Source: Myxococcota bacterium (GTDB taxonomy: Bacteria > Myxococcota_A > UBA796 > CAJQPC01). Taken from it: a DNA stretch of 64,000 nucleotides. Shown here piece by piece: positions 47,293 to 57,079 of this stretch. A program made the position numbers and the translations under genes. How positions within the stretch are numbered: the first letter of the stretch is position 1; each line of letters opens with the position of its first letter. The stretch covers positions 92,371 through 156,370 of the forward strand of contig JAZAMN010000016.1 of the NCBI GenBank assembly GCA_036229005.1, read 5' to 3'. The notes beneath the pieces are model-generated. The model did not search any database and was not told where the DNA came from. It saw nothing but the letters and a program-made list of their open reading frames with translations.

Positions 47293-49895
47293 TGGGCCTC
47301 CTTGAGCGGGCGCTCTTCCGGAGAGAAGACGAAGGGGTAGTGGACCTGTATCATCCAATAGCCCCCGCCGAACTCCATCCGGTAGAGCGCGACCCGGATG
47401 CAGGAGTCGACCTTGGGGGCGGACCAGGTGGACGCCACCTGGACATCGCGCGGGACGCCATCGGAGCCCAGGACGAAGTCCAGCGCGGCCCGACCGGAGA
47501 GGCTGGGATCCTCCCGGAGGCCCTGCTGGTAGCAGCGCTGGACGCTGGCCAGGTTGGACTTGATGACGGCGTCGATGTCGGGCTTTGACCGGTAGCGTGT
47601 TCTCTGGCCGGACAGCCCCACCGTCCACGCGATGGCGCCGACCAGACCGTGCTCGCGGAACACGGCGTCGACGAGCAGCGCCTCCTCGAGGGGGGTCGCG
47701 CCGCGGAGCCAGACCGTGGGGAGCGGGTCGCTGGCGGAGAAGTCCTCCTCCACCCAGGCGGTCAGCTCCTCGATCCCGTGCATGAGGCCTGGGCCTGAGC
47801 GCCCATCCAGGTCCTGGCCCATCTCCAGCACGGGGCCTTCGTCTGGATGGATCAGCCCCCAAGGCAGGCGGCGCTGCTCCTGGTCCACCAGCGTGAACAT
47901 CTCCCAGCCCAGCAGGCCCGCAGGGATGATGAGCGGCAGGACCCGCTGCAGGTCGGTCTCCGAGCTGACCCGCACCACCAGCGGCTGGCCCCGATGCTCG
48001 GCGAGCAGGTCGTAGAGAGCGTCCTGGGTGGGGCCCAGCTGCTCCACGTCGAATCCGCTGCCCATGCTCCCCACAGGCTGCCCCTCAAAGGTCCAGCCGC
48101 TCTCGGTCAGGGCCAGCACCAGCGGCGGCGGCGCGGCGGGGTAGCGCACGACGTCTCCCTCCAGCGGCAGCCACTCACCGGCGCGCACGTAGTCCTGCAG
48201 GCAGCGCTCGGCGCTCTCGCTCAGGCCCCAGCGCTCCCAGGCGTGCAGGCGGGTGTTCCCCTGGGCGTCCTGCTCCAGGACGACGGCCTCGGGGGCACCC
48301 CCGCAGTCCCGCGCCACCTGGGCCAGCTCCGCGCTCCCTGGGCTGGCTCGCAGCGCGCTCAGGTCCACCCGCTGCGCCTGGGCCTCAAAGACCGTGAAGC
48401 GGTGCCAGCCGGCCTCCCGCGCGAGCCGGCTCGCTGTCACCAGCGCGCTGATGGGGAGCTGCTTGTGGCCCGGGTCCACCCCGATCTGCAGGAAGTCCCG
48501 GTCCTTGTCCGGCAGCGACTCCAGGGTCTTGCGCAGCGGCTGCAGCTCCTGCAGCGTACACGCCTGCGCGCAGCTCGCGACAGCGGTCACCCCCCCAGCC
48601 TCCAGCACGGCGCCCGTCTGCATCAGGGTCAGCGTGGGGCCTCGGACACCGGCCGCGGCGGCGTGCCCGAGCACCACCCTGTCGACGACCTGTCTCCCGT
48701 CCAGCGTGCGCAGCTCCACCCGGTCATGGCCGGCCTCGATGGCCGTGAGCAGAAGGCGCAGCGTATCCCCGGCGGCGTTGTCCTGCGGGACCTCCACCCG
48801 GAGCTTGCCCAGGTCCCGCTGCGGCCCCCGCTCGAGCTCCGAGTACACCGCCCGGTACTCCTGGTCCCGCTCCTCCAGCAGCCGCCGCGTCTGGAGCAGC
48901 CAGGGGTCGTTGGAGAGCTCCGTACCGCCCACCCACAGGCCCCCGTCCCCGTCCAGGCGGATCAGCAGCGAGGGCACCGGCCGGTACAGCTCCGTGTCGA
49001 ACGCGCGCTCGGGGTGCAGCGCCACGGGCAGGTAGAGATCGCGCCCGTCCCGCCGCTCCGGCAGCTCCCAGTTGGCCACCTGCCAGCCGATGCAGAGCGC
49101 CTGCTCGTCGCTGGCGTCCACCCCGGCCAAGCGCGCCCCTTGGCCGCTGGGCGGGATCTGCAGCAGCACGCGCTCCAGGTCCCCCTCACAGGCCTCCAGG
49201 GTGGGCAGCAGCTCGGCGATCGCCAGGTTCATCCGGTAGCGATCGCGGGGATGCAGGCTGGACGCGCGGGGCGGTACCGGCTCGACGGGGACCAGCGTGG
49301 GCTCCCCGGCCCAATGCGTATCGAAGGCGCTCAGCCAGGGCAGCAGCGCGGAGATCGGGGTCTGGGGAGGAGCGGAGATCGAGGCCGGCAGTCCACTCCA
49401 GGGCTCACCGCTCTGGCCCAGCGTCCGCACGATCAGCTCCGCAGGGAGCCCCTCGGCGCAGGCGAGGTCACCACAAGCCACCAGGGCCAGCGGCTCCCCA
49501 GGCAAGGCGAGGTCCGCCTCGGCGCCCTGGAGCTGCAGGGACAGCGTGGTCTCCGTCCGGAAGCCGTCCTCGAAGAGGTCCCCCAGGATCACCCCCGGCA
49601 GCGGCACGCTATCCCGCGCAGGTCGCAGGCGGAGCGAGGCCGGCCGGCCCGAGAGGTCCAGCGCGCGCTTGAGGTGCAGGAACTCGCCGTACACCGCGTC
49701 GCCGGGCAGGCTGAGCTCGACCGGTCCCCCTTGGGCGCGGAGGCCCTGGATCAGCGGCCCCAGCTCCGGCCCCTCGGGCGCCCAGAGCGCGTCCAGAGCG
49801 AGCAGGGTCTCCCCATCCAGGTGCACGCCGCGCGCGTCCATCCGCAGCTCAGCGCTCGCCGCGACAGCCAGGACTCCACACAACAGAAGCCCCAT
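47289..49895 (-). CDS. Large exported protein with multiple ExbD-like modules and C-terminal AgmX/PglI domain
   Basis: Signal peptide; recurring beta-strand/amphipathic helix modules; CYQQGLREDPSLSG...YPFVF. Confidence 0.75.
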   Translation of the reverse strand: MGLLLCGVLAVAASAELRMDARGVHLDGETLLALDALWAPEGPELGPLIQGLRAQGGPVELSLPGDAVYGEFLHLKRALDLSGRPASLRLRPARDSVPLPGVILGDLFEDGFRTETTLSLQLQGAEADLALPGEPLALVACGDLACAEGLPAELIVRTLGQSGEPWSGLPASISAPPQTPISALLPWLSAFDTHWAGEPTLVPVEPVPPRASSLHPRDRYRMNLAIAELLPTLEACEGDLERVLLQIPPSGQGARLAGVDASDEQALCIGWQVANWELPERRDGRDLYLPVALHPERAFDTELYRPVPSLLIRLDGDGGLWVGGTELSNDPWLLQTRRLLEERDQEYRAVYSELERGPQRDLGKLRVEVPQDNAAGDTLRLLLTAIEAGHDRVELRTLDGRQVVDRVVLGHAAAAGVRGPTLTLMQTGAVLEAGGVTAVASCAQACTLQELQPLRKTLESLPDKDRDFLQIGVDPGHKQLPISALVTASRLAREAGWHRFTVFEAQAQRVDLSALRASPGSAELAQVARDCGGAPEAVVLEQDAQGNTRLHAWERWGLSESAERCLQDYVRAGEWLPLEGDVVRYPAAPPPLVLALTESGWTFEGQPVGSMGSGFDVEQLGPTQDALYDLLAEHRGQPLVVRVSSETDLQRVLPLIIPAGLLGWEMFTLVDQEQRRLPWGLIHPDEGPVLEMGQDLDGRSGPGLMHGIEELTAWVEEDFSASDPLPTVWLRGATPLEEALLVDAVFREHGLVGAIAWTVGLSGQRTRYRSKPDIDAVIKSNLASVQRCYQQGLREDPSLSGRAALDFVLGSDGVPRDVQVASTWSAPKVDSCIRVALYRMEFGGGYWMIQVHYPFVFSPEERPLKEAQ

Positions 49896-49917
49896 CGGCC
49901 CCCTCCTTGGACGCAGT

Positions 49918-50925
49918 CTATCCCGACAGCTCCGGACCCAGCTTCCAGGCCAGCGGCATCAACACGTCCGCCTGGTCCAGCACCTGCTGCAGGTGCAGCG
50001 CGTCCTTGTAGCTCCAGTTCCCGCTGCGCACGACGATGGTCAGAGGCTGGCTGCGCTTGTCCAGGCCACGCGCGTCCAAGGCGGACTCCAGGGCGCCTTG
50101 GTTGGCAATGCAGGACTGCTGACCGCAGCGCAGGGTGCTGCCTTGGTCGCTGCCAGCCTCGTAGAGCACGACGTGGTCGTCGAAGAGCTCCAGGCGAGCG
50201 CTGTCGACGGGGGCACGCCACAGCAGCGCGTCGCCCCGGCGGTCGAAGCTGCCCCAGTCCCAGCCGCCCTCGCTCAGGGGCGCGACCAGGGCCAGCAGCT
50301 CGGGGAGCGCGGGGTTTCCGCGGACGGGGAGGTGGGCGGTCTGGCCGGGTTGGGGGGTATGTTGGGGCAGCTCTGCGGCGCTGAGGGAGATCTGGAGTTC
50401 GTCGGCCGTGGAGCGCCAGGTCGGCTTTGGAGGAGCGGCCTGAGAGGGCTGCCCGGGGGGCCTCAATGTGCGCGCGCCCGAATCCCAAGACCCCGGCTCG
50501 CCGCTGAACGGACCGACGACAAAGGGGAGGACGACGTCCTCCTCCAGCTCTGCGGGCCAGCGCCAGGTCTCCATCTTGTCCACGAAGCACTGCGCCAGAG
50601 CCTCGCTCCCCGTCTCGTTGTAGAAGACCTTGGCGCCGCGGGTCCGGCCCTCGTGGATGGTGAACTGGATCTCGACGCGGCCGGCCAGGGAGGGGTCTTC
50701 GTTCTCCAGGTGCCACTGGTAGCACCAGGCGAGCTGTCCTCGGTACTTCCAGACGATGTCCTCGACCTCCACAGGCTCCGAGAAGGATGCAGACTCCGAC
50801 TCAGCCTGCTTGCCGGTCCAGCCACTGGTGTCCTCGCCGGCGGGATCGGTGTCCTGGGCGTGGAGTGGGGGGTTCCCGGTCCAAGCGGTGAGCCCCGACA
50901 ATGCGACAACGACAAGCAACCCCAC
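49918..50925 (-). CDS. Exported AgmX/PglI-domain protein (paralog A)
   Basis: AGGAGG + GTG; CYQWHLENEDPSLAGRV...WRWP; near-identical in part to 50952-51932. Confidence 0.8.
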   Translation of the reverse strand: MGLLVVVALSGLTAWTGNPPLHAQDTDPAGEDTSGWTGKQAESESASFSEPVEVEDIVWKYRGQLAWCYQWHLENEDPSLAGRVEIQFTIHEGRTRGAKVFYNETGSEALAQCFVDKMETWRWPAELEEDVVLPFVVGPFSGEPGSWDSGARTLRPPGQPSQAAPPKPTWRSTADELQISLSAAELPQHTPQPGQTAHLPVRGNPALPELLALVAPLSEGGWDWGSFDRRGDALLWRAPVDSARLELFDDHVVLYEAGSDQGSTLRCGQQSCIANQGALESALDARGLDKRSQPLTIVVRSGNWSYKDALHLQQVLDQADVLMPLAWKLGPELSG

Positions 50926-50951
50926 CGGCCCCTCCTGCTGTCCGAACTGTA

Positions 50952-51932
50952 TCAGGCCGAGAGCTCCGGCCCCAGCTCCCAGGCCAGCGGCATCAACACG
51001 CCCGCGTGGTCCAGCACCTGCTGCAGGTGCAGCGCGTCCTTGTAGCTCCAGCTCCCGCTGCGCACGACGATGGTCAGGGGCTGGCTGCGCTTGTCCAGGC
51101 CGCGGGCGTCCAGCGCCGACTCCAGGGCGCCCTGGTTGGCGACACAGACCTTGTCCGGGCAGCGCAGGGTGCTGCCCTGCTCGCTGCCGGCCTCGTAGAG
51201 CACGACGCGGTCGTCGAAGAGCTCCAGGCGGGCGCTGTCCACGGGGGCACGCCACAGCAGCGCGTCGCCCCGGCGGTCGAAGCTGGCCCAGTCCCAGCCG
51301 CCCTCGCTCAGGGGCGCGCCCAGGGCCAGCAGCTCGGGCAGCGCGGGGTTTCCGCGGACGGGGAGGTGGGCGGTCTGGCCGGGCTGGGGGGTGTGTGCGG
51401 CGAGCGTCTCTGCCGTCAGCTCCAGCTGGAGCTCCGGGGTGGTCGGACGGGCGCTGGGTGCCAGCGCTTCGCTCGCAGGGGAGGCCTCTGGGCTTGGCGC
51501 GGGAGACTGTGGCCCCGGGGCAAAGACAAAGGGGTAGACCACTCCCTCCATCTCCAAGTCCGAGGGCCAGCGCCAGGTCTCGATCTTGTCCACGAAGCAC
51601 TGCCCCAGCGCCTCACTGCCCGTGTCGTTGTCGAAGACCTGCACACCCCTGGAGCGGCCCTCGTGAACGCTGAACTCCATCACGACCCGCCCCGCCAGTG
51701 TGGGGTCCTGCTTGAGCTGGGTCTCGTAGCACCAGGCGATCTGGCCCTGGTACTTGCGGACTATGTCCTGCACGGGGCTCGGCTCCGGGGGAGCGTCTCC
51801 CTGGGGGCCGGGCTGGTCTCCGGTCCAGCCGCTGGTGTCCTCGCCGGCGGGATCGGTTTCCTGGGCGTGGAGTGGGGGGTTCCCGGTCCAAGCGGTGAGC
51901 CCCGACAATGCGACAATGACAAGCAGCCTCAC
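50952..51932 (-). CDS. Exported AgmX/PglI-domain protein (paralog B)
   Basis: AAGGAGG + GTG; CYETQLKQDPTLAGRV...YPFVF. Confidence 0.82.
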   Translation of the reverse strand: MRLLVIVALSGLTAWTGNPPLHAQETDPAGEDTSGWTGDQPGPQGDAPPEPSPVQDIVRKYQGQIAWCYETQLKQDPTLAGRVVMEFSVHEGRSRGVQVFDNDTGSEALGQCFVDKIETWRWPSDLEMEGVVYPFVFAPGPQSPAPSPEASPASEALAPSARPTTPELQLELTAETLAAHTPQPGQTAHLPVRGNPALPELLALGAPLSEGGWDWASFDRRGDALLWRAPVDSARLELFDDRVVLYEAGSEQGSTLRCPDKVCVANQGALESALDARGLDKRSQPLTIVVRSGSWSYKDALHLQQVLDHAGVLMPLAWELGPELSA

Positions 51933-51956
51933 TGGACCTCCTTGATTCGGGCGCGC

Positions 51957-52925
51957 TCAGCCCGGCTCGAAGATGAAGGGGTAGGTGACCAAGACCGCGC
52001 CGTGGGTGGGCTCGGGGAAGCGGAATCCGGGAACACGTCCCACAATGCAGCTCCCGACGGCCTCGGGGGGCAGCGCACGCTGCTTGACGGAGCTTGGGTC
52101 ACCGACCTGCATGGTGTCCTCGAGGAGGCCGACGTAGCCCACGCTCCCGTCCGGGAGGATGAGGAAGCGGACCTTGATCTCACCCTCCAGACTGGGCGAC
52201 CTGGTGAGCACACGCTGGTAGCAGTAGCGGACCTGCGACAGGTTCCGCTTGATGACCCGCTCGATGTCCGCCGTCCGCATGACGCCAAAGGCGAGCGGCG
52301 CCGCATCCCCTGCGTACTCCTCCTCCACCAGCTTTGGCCCCAGCCGCCAGGTGAAGGGCCCCGCCACCTGCAGCGCCGTCAGCTCGGCCTCCAGAGCGAG
52401 GGCATCGGCCAGCAGCCAATCCTGGCCCAACACATAGAGCACCGGGGGGCGCGTGCTTCCTTGGGCTCTGCCCGCCCCAGCGAGGACAGACTGCCAGTCC
52501 ACGGACTCCCCCCGCAGGCACGCGGCCTCCGGGCACTCCACCCGCTCGGGGCGCGCGCCGTAGCGACCGACCAGGATGTGGTCCTCCATCAGGTAGACCT
52601 GCAGCGCAGAGACATGGCCGCTGGGCCCGACGTCCAGAGTCAGGCCAGCGCTGTCCTCCAGGCGGAGGGGCGGTGGGTTCACGCCGTGCAGCACCTCAGT
52701 CCCCGCGGAGAGCGCCACCAGCGGCGTGCCGGCCTCAAAGCGCACCAGGATGGGGCCCTCGGGCTCACTCCCCAGGACCTCCCGGAAGGCAGCCGACCGC
52801 GCCTTGGACTCGAGCGCGTGCGACATCAGCTCCTCATCGTCCACGCGCCAGCCCTCGGCGCTGTGGGTCAGGGTGTGTGTGGGCGCGTCGAGGGCCCACA
52901 GCGCGATCCAAAGCAGCCCCATCAT
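51957..52925 (-). CDS. Exported protein with ExbD-like region and C-terminal AgmX/PglI domain
   Basis: IERVIKRNLSQVRYCYQRVLTRSPSLEGEIKVRF...FPEP...VTYPFIF. Confidence 0.82.
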   Translation of the reverse strand: MMGLLWIALWALDAPTHTLTHSAEGWRVDDEELMSHALESKARSAAFREVLGSEPEGPILVRFEAGTPLVALSAGTEVLHGVNPPPLRLEDSAGLTLDVGPSGHVSALQVYLMEDHILVGRYGARPERVECPEAACLRGESVDWQSVLAGAGRAQGSTRPPVLYVLGQDWLLADALALEAELTALQVAGPFTWRLGPKLVEEEYAGDAAPLAFGVMRTADIERVIKRNLSQVRYCYQRVLTRSPSLEGEIKVRFLILPDGSVGYVGLLEDTMQVGDPSSVKQRALPPEAVGSCIVGRVPGFRFPEPTHGAVLVTYPFIFEPG

Positions 52926-53009
52926 CGGCCCCCGGTTGCGGGGCAAAGTGTATCAGGCGTCCTCCAAAGGAAGCCCTGACGCCAGGCCAGGACTCCCCTT
53001 GTGGGAGGG

Positions 53010-54434
53010 CTACTTGCAGACGGACTGGATGCCCCGCTGCGCGACCCAGGGACCGCCAGCGGACGCGCAGTTGGTGGCTCCGCAAGCCCCGTGCGCCTTG
53101 GGTTGCCCGTCGGGGCTGCCGCAGAGCGCGGCCTCCATGGTGCCGCCCCCCACACCATCGCAGGCGCCACCGGCCGGAGTCTGCGCGCGCACCATGCCGA
53201 CGAGTCCGGGTTCACCCGTGGTGGTCTCACACTCCAGGGAGGGATCGCCCAGATCGCACCAGGCCCAGTGGTAGAAGATCTCCGGCTCACACCCCAGACC
53301 GTAGGGATCCGCCGCCGGGTAGCCTGGACAGGACCAGCAGTCGCAGAAGCCCCCATTCTCGGTGCAGAGCGTGGAGTCCAACACGCCACCATTGGCAGCG
53401 ATCTGCGCCAGGCAGAGGGGGTTGTTGTCGTGCTCGGGGCCGTGCTCACACTCCATGGCCCCAAAGAGCAGGACCTGGTTGACCCACTGGAGCTTGCAGT
53501 CCTCGCACTTCTCCTCCACCTTGCCGCTGTCGTCCCCACCGCTGTCATCCACGGGCGGCTTGTCGGTGTGGACCAGGCCCCCCGAGTCCACCTGGACAAT
53601 GCCGGGCTGGGGCTGTGGAGGCGCGTCCAGATCCAAGGCGCCGGCTGGCACCACATCCAGGCGGGCCTCCAAGGCCTGCGCGTCCAGGGCCTCCAGACGC
53701 TGGAACGCCAGGCGCTGCTCATCCAAGAGCGTGAAGCGCCCAGTGGACGGCTCCACCAGCGTCAGCACGCTGTGCCCCGTGGCCGCGTAGCCCTGCTGCG
53801 TTCCGCTGGTCTCCACCCGCAGGGTCCGGGTCACGCTGCCCTGCGGCATCTCCAGCACAGCGGCCCGGACGATGCCCTCCGCGTCGACCTGCATCAGAAA
53901 GCGCACGTCCTCCCGCGCGCCGATGCGCAGCAACCCCGAGAGGAGCTGGCCGCCATCGACCGACTCCGAGGGCCCAGCCCGCACCACCCGGTCCTGGGGG
54001 AGGATCCCCAAGCCCAGCTCCACGCTCAGCCGCTGCCAGTCCACCTGCTCCTGGTCTACGAAGGTCAGGGGATCCCGGGTGAAGAAGCGCTCGGTCTCCC
54101 CCCCAAAGGACCAGGCCTCGGTGAGCGTGCCGTCCTGCACCACCCAGGCCTGCTGGGAGGCGGCCGAGAAGCCCGAGACCTCCGCGTCGCTGCGGCTGGT
54201 CCTGAGCAACCCGACGCGCTCCGGCCCCAGGACGAGCTGGGAGTCGAAGTCCAAGGGAAGGGTGCCCTGGACGCCCAGCGCGGAGGCCCGGTCCAAGACG
54301 AACTCCGACTGGCTGCGGTAGTGCAGGGCCTTGGCCTGCGCAGCCCCCGTGACCTGGACTGTCGGGGCCTCTGGGCTCAGGTAGGAGCACCCCATCAAAC
54401 AGGCGCCGAGCGCCAGTGAAAACATGCTGGTCAT
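53010..54434 (-). CDS. Lipoprotein with Cys-rich C-terminal domain
   Basis: ACLMGC lipobox; D/S/G linker followed by a domain with many Cys. Start may be 54425. Confidence 0.65.
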   Translation of the reverse strand: MTSMFSLALGACLMGCSYLSPEAPTVQVTGAAQAKALHYRSQSEFVLDRASALGVQGTLPLDFDSQLVLGPERVGLLRTSRSDAEVSGFSAASQQAWVVQDGTLTEAWSFGGETERFFTRDPLTFVDQEQVDWQRLSVELGLGILPQDRVVRAGPSESVDGGQLLSGLLRIGAREDVRFLMQVDAEGIVRAAVLEMPQGSVTRTLRVETSGTQQGYAATGHSVLTLVEPSTGRFTLLDEQRLAFQRLEALDAQALEARLDVVPAGALDLDAPPQPQPGIVQVDSGGLVHTDKPPVDDSGGDDSGKVEEKCEDCKLQWVNQVLLFGAMECEHGPEHDNNPLCLAQIAANGGVLDSTLCTENGGFCDCWSCPGYPAADPYGLGCEPEIFYHWAWCDLGDPSLECETTTGEPGLVGMVRAQTPAGGACDGVGGGTMEAALCGSPDGQPKAHGACGATNCASAGGPWVAQRGIQSVCK

Positions 54435-54565
54435 TGTCTCTCCCCCGCCGGAAAACCGGCGAAAAAGCGCCATCTTCATGGATGACGCACAGAGAGCGTA
54501 GACCAGCCCATGCCGCGCCTTCAAGCCCGCTTCCCGAGCATCAGGCGGCCCCCCAGGCCGGGGCC

Positions 54566-56251
54566 CTACTCCAGCCCCAGGAACTCCTGCACCAGCCCAG
54601 CCACCTTCTCCACCGTGTCGCCCTCGAAGGGCGAGTGCAGGCCGACGGCGCGCAGCAGGCCGGTGTACGGCAGGCTGCCGCCCAGGTCGCAGAGCTCCCG
54701 GTAGCGGGTCAGGGTGCCGGTGGGGTCCTGGATGTACTGGCTCCAGAGCTCCAGCGCGGAGACCTGCGCCAGGCAGTAGTCGATGTAGTAGAAGGGCTGG
54801 TGGAAGAGGTGGCCCTGGCGCATCCAGAAGGTGCCGCCGGCCAGCCCGGGGGTGTCCTGGTACTGGCGGTCGGGGATCCAGTGCTTCTCCAGCCGCACCC
54901 ACAGCGCGCGGCGCTCGGCGGGGGTCAGGCCGGGGTTCTCGTAGACCTCGTGCTGGAAGTGGTCGACCAGGGCGCCGTAGGGCAAGAAGAGCAGCGCCTC
55001 TTCCAGGTGGCCCTGGCGGTAGCGCTCAGCGTCGTCGCCAAAGAAGCGCTCCATCTCGTTGAAGGTCAAGAGCTCCAGGCCCATGGAGTGGACCTCGCAG
55101 GCCTCGAAGGTGGGCCAGCCGTAGTCGCGCAGGGACTGGGTCTTGGCCGCGCTCCAGGCCTGGAAGGCGTGCCCGCACTCGTGGGTGAAGACGTTGACGT
55201 CGTCCTGGGTGCCGTTGAAGTTGGCGAAGATGAAGGGCACCTGGTGCTCGGGCAGCGACTCGCAGAAGCCGCCGGAGACCTTGCCCTCGCGGGCCTCCAG
55301 GTCCATGAGCTGACGCTGCTCCATCATCCGGTAGAAGGCGCCGAAGTCCTGGCCCAGGCTCTCAAAGAGCGCGCCGGCCTGCGCGCGCATCCAGTCGTGG
55401 CCGCCCATGGGACGGGGCACGCCCTTGTCATCGCGCACGGACTCGTCGTGGAACGAGAAGTCCGACAGACCCAGGGTCTGCGCCCGACGGGCCCGGATCT
55501 TCTGGGCGATGGGCACGATGTGCGCGTGCAGCTTCTCCCGGAAGGCCGCCACGTCGGTGGCGTCGTAGTCGCTGCGGCCCATCGCGCGGTAGCCCAGGGG
55601 GACGAAGCTGGGCAGGCCCATCTTGCCGGCCATCTTCACCCGCAGGGCCACCAGGCCGTCGTAGATCTCGTCGATCTGGTCCGCGACCGAGGCGATCGCC
55701 TTGTCCTGCGCCACCCGGGCGTCGTGGCGCACGCTGCGGTCGGCGTCGCCGTACTTGCCGCGCAGGTCCATCAGGCGCATCGACTCCCCGCGGAACTCGG
55801 CGCGCAGCTCGGAGATCAGCGTGTCGTAGCGGGTGACCAGCTTGGACTCGGCGCGCTTGTCGTCGGCCAGCGTGGGGTCGAACGCGGAGACCGCGACCTG
55901 CCAGATCGTGAACGCGTGCGCGCCCAGCTCGGCCTCCAGCGCGGCCCGGTGCTCGCTGGCCAGGATGGCCTTCATCACCGCCAGGTTCTGGGTGGAGATC
56001 TCCGGCCAGAGCTCGTCAAAGAACTCCTTGTCGGCCTTGTCGGAGGTGTCCTGGGCAAAGTGGATGTACGCCAGGTTGCGCCAGGTCTCCAGGCGCTTCT
56101 GCTGGGTGTCCCACTGCCGGATCAGCGCGAGCTGCGCGGTGGCATCGGAGGCCTGCTCCCAGGCCTGCAGCCAGGCGGCGTTCTCGGCGGCCAGCTCGGA
56201 CAGGACGGGGCGCTCCAGGGGGAGCTGGGACAGGGTGGGCTCTTCAAGCAT
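54566..56251 (-). CDS. M3 family oligoendopeptidase
   Basis: GKVSGGFC, PFIFANFNGT, FTHECGHAFQ (HExxH), EVHSMGLE, PFYYIDYCLA. Confidence 0.95.
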   Translation of the reverse strand: MLEEPTLSQLPLERPVLSELAAENAAWLQAWEQASDATAQLALIRQWDTQQKRLETWRNLAYIHFAQDTSDKADKEFFDELWPEISTQNLAVMKAILASEHRAALEAELGAHAFTIWQVAVSAFDPTLADDKRAESKLVTRYDTLISELRAEFRGESMRLMDLRGKYGDADRSVRHDARVAQDKAIASVADQIDEIYDGLVALRVKMAGKMGLPSFVPLGYRAMGRSDYDATDVAAFREKLHAHIVPIAQKIRARRAQTLGLSDFSFHDESVRDDKGVPRPMGGHDWMRAQAGALFESLGQDFGAFYRMMEQRQLMDLEAREGKVSGGFCESLPEHQVPFIFANFNGTQDDVNVFTHECGHAFQAWSAAKTQSLRDYGWPTFEACEVHSMGLELLTFNEMERFFGDDAERYRQGHLEEALLFLPYGALVDHFQHEVYENPGLTPAERRALWVRLEKHWIPDRQYQDTPGLAGGTFWMRQGHLFHQPFYYIDYCLAQVSALELWSQYIQDPTGTLTRYRELCDLGGSLPYTGLLRAVGLHSPFEGDTVEKVAGLVQEFLGLE

Positions 56252-56341
56252 GGACTCTCCAAGGGACGGGCGACTCCCCTATGCACAGGGGGAGAGAGAT
56301 TCAGCCCCAAAGGCGCAGAAAGTTGCGCGCCTGCAAGGAGC

Positions 56342-57067
56342 TCAGGCCTCTTGCGCCACCCGATCCAGCTCCGCGATCATGCGCCCCAGGTCAAGCGGAG
56401 CCAGCCGCCGCGGCATCGCCCGGCGCAGCACCAGCCCCTCGAAAGCCACGCTCGAAGCCAGCAGCTTGCGATCCCAGGGCTCCCGCCAGGCCGGCGCCTG
56501 GGCCAGCTCCACCGCCCGGTCCCAGGCCCGCACGCGCATCAGCCGCAAGGTGCCCGCCGCCGCGCGCTCGTCCCAGTCCCCGGCGATCAGATCCAGCCCC
56601 CACATGGCCCGGCTGTGGTCGTCCAGCACCTGCTGCATCCCGTCGATCAGCCCGAACAGGATGTCGTTGATGCGCTCGAAGTCCGCCCCCAGCGCCGCCA
56701 CCTGCGCGCCCCCCACCCGCGCCGCCGCGATGGGTAGATCCAGGCCGATGTGCGCGTTCATCCCCAGCAGCAGGTGCAGCATGGGCGGCGACCGCCGAGG
56801 TGCCCCGAACGCCGCCTGCCAAGGCGCCGTGGGCAGCTTGCCGTGTCGCCAGCTCTCCAGGGCCCGAAAGTAGCGGTTGGCAAAGCGCGTATCGAAGCGG
56901 TCCATGCGCGCCCCGTCGTCAAAGCTGCCCTCCGCGATGCCCTGCGCGACCTGCAGGGTCACCTGCCGGTACATGGCCGCGAACAGGCCCAGGGGCTGCT
57001 CGTTGCGGATCGCCCAGGCCACGATCACGTCCAGACGCCGGATCACCTGCTGGATGTCGGTGGGCAT
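56342..57067 (-). CDS. Conserved hypothetical protein (DUF5995-like)
   Basis: FAAMYRQVT, FDTRFANRYF, LLLGMNAHIGLDL, DFERINDIL. Start may be 57076. Confidence 0.75.
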   Translation of the reverse strand: MPTDIQQVIRRLDVIVAWAIRNEQPLGLFAAMYRQVTLQVAQGIAEGSFDDGARMDRFDTRFANRYFRALESWRHGKLPTAPWQAAFGAPRRSPPMLHLLLGMNAHIGLDLPIAAARVGGAQVAALGADFERINDILFGLIDGMQQVLDDHSRAMWGLDLIAGDWDERAAAGTLRLMRVRAWDRAVELAQAPAWREPWDRKLLASSVAFEGLVLRRAMPRRLAPLDLGRMIAELDRVAQEA

Positions 57068-57079
57068 TCCCCCCATCGC

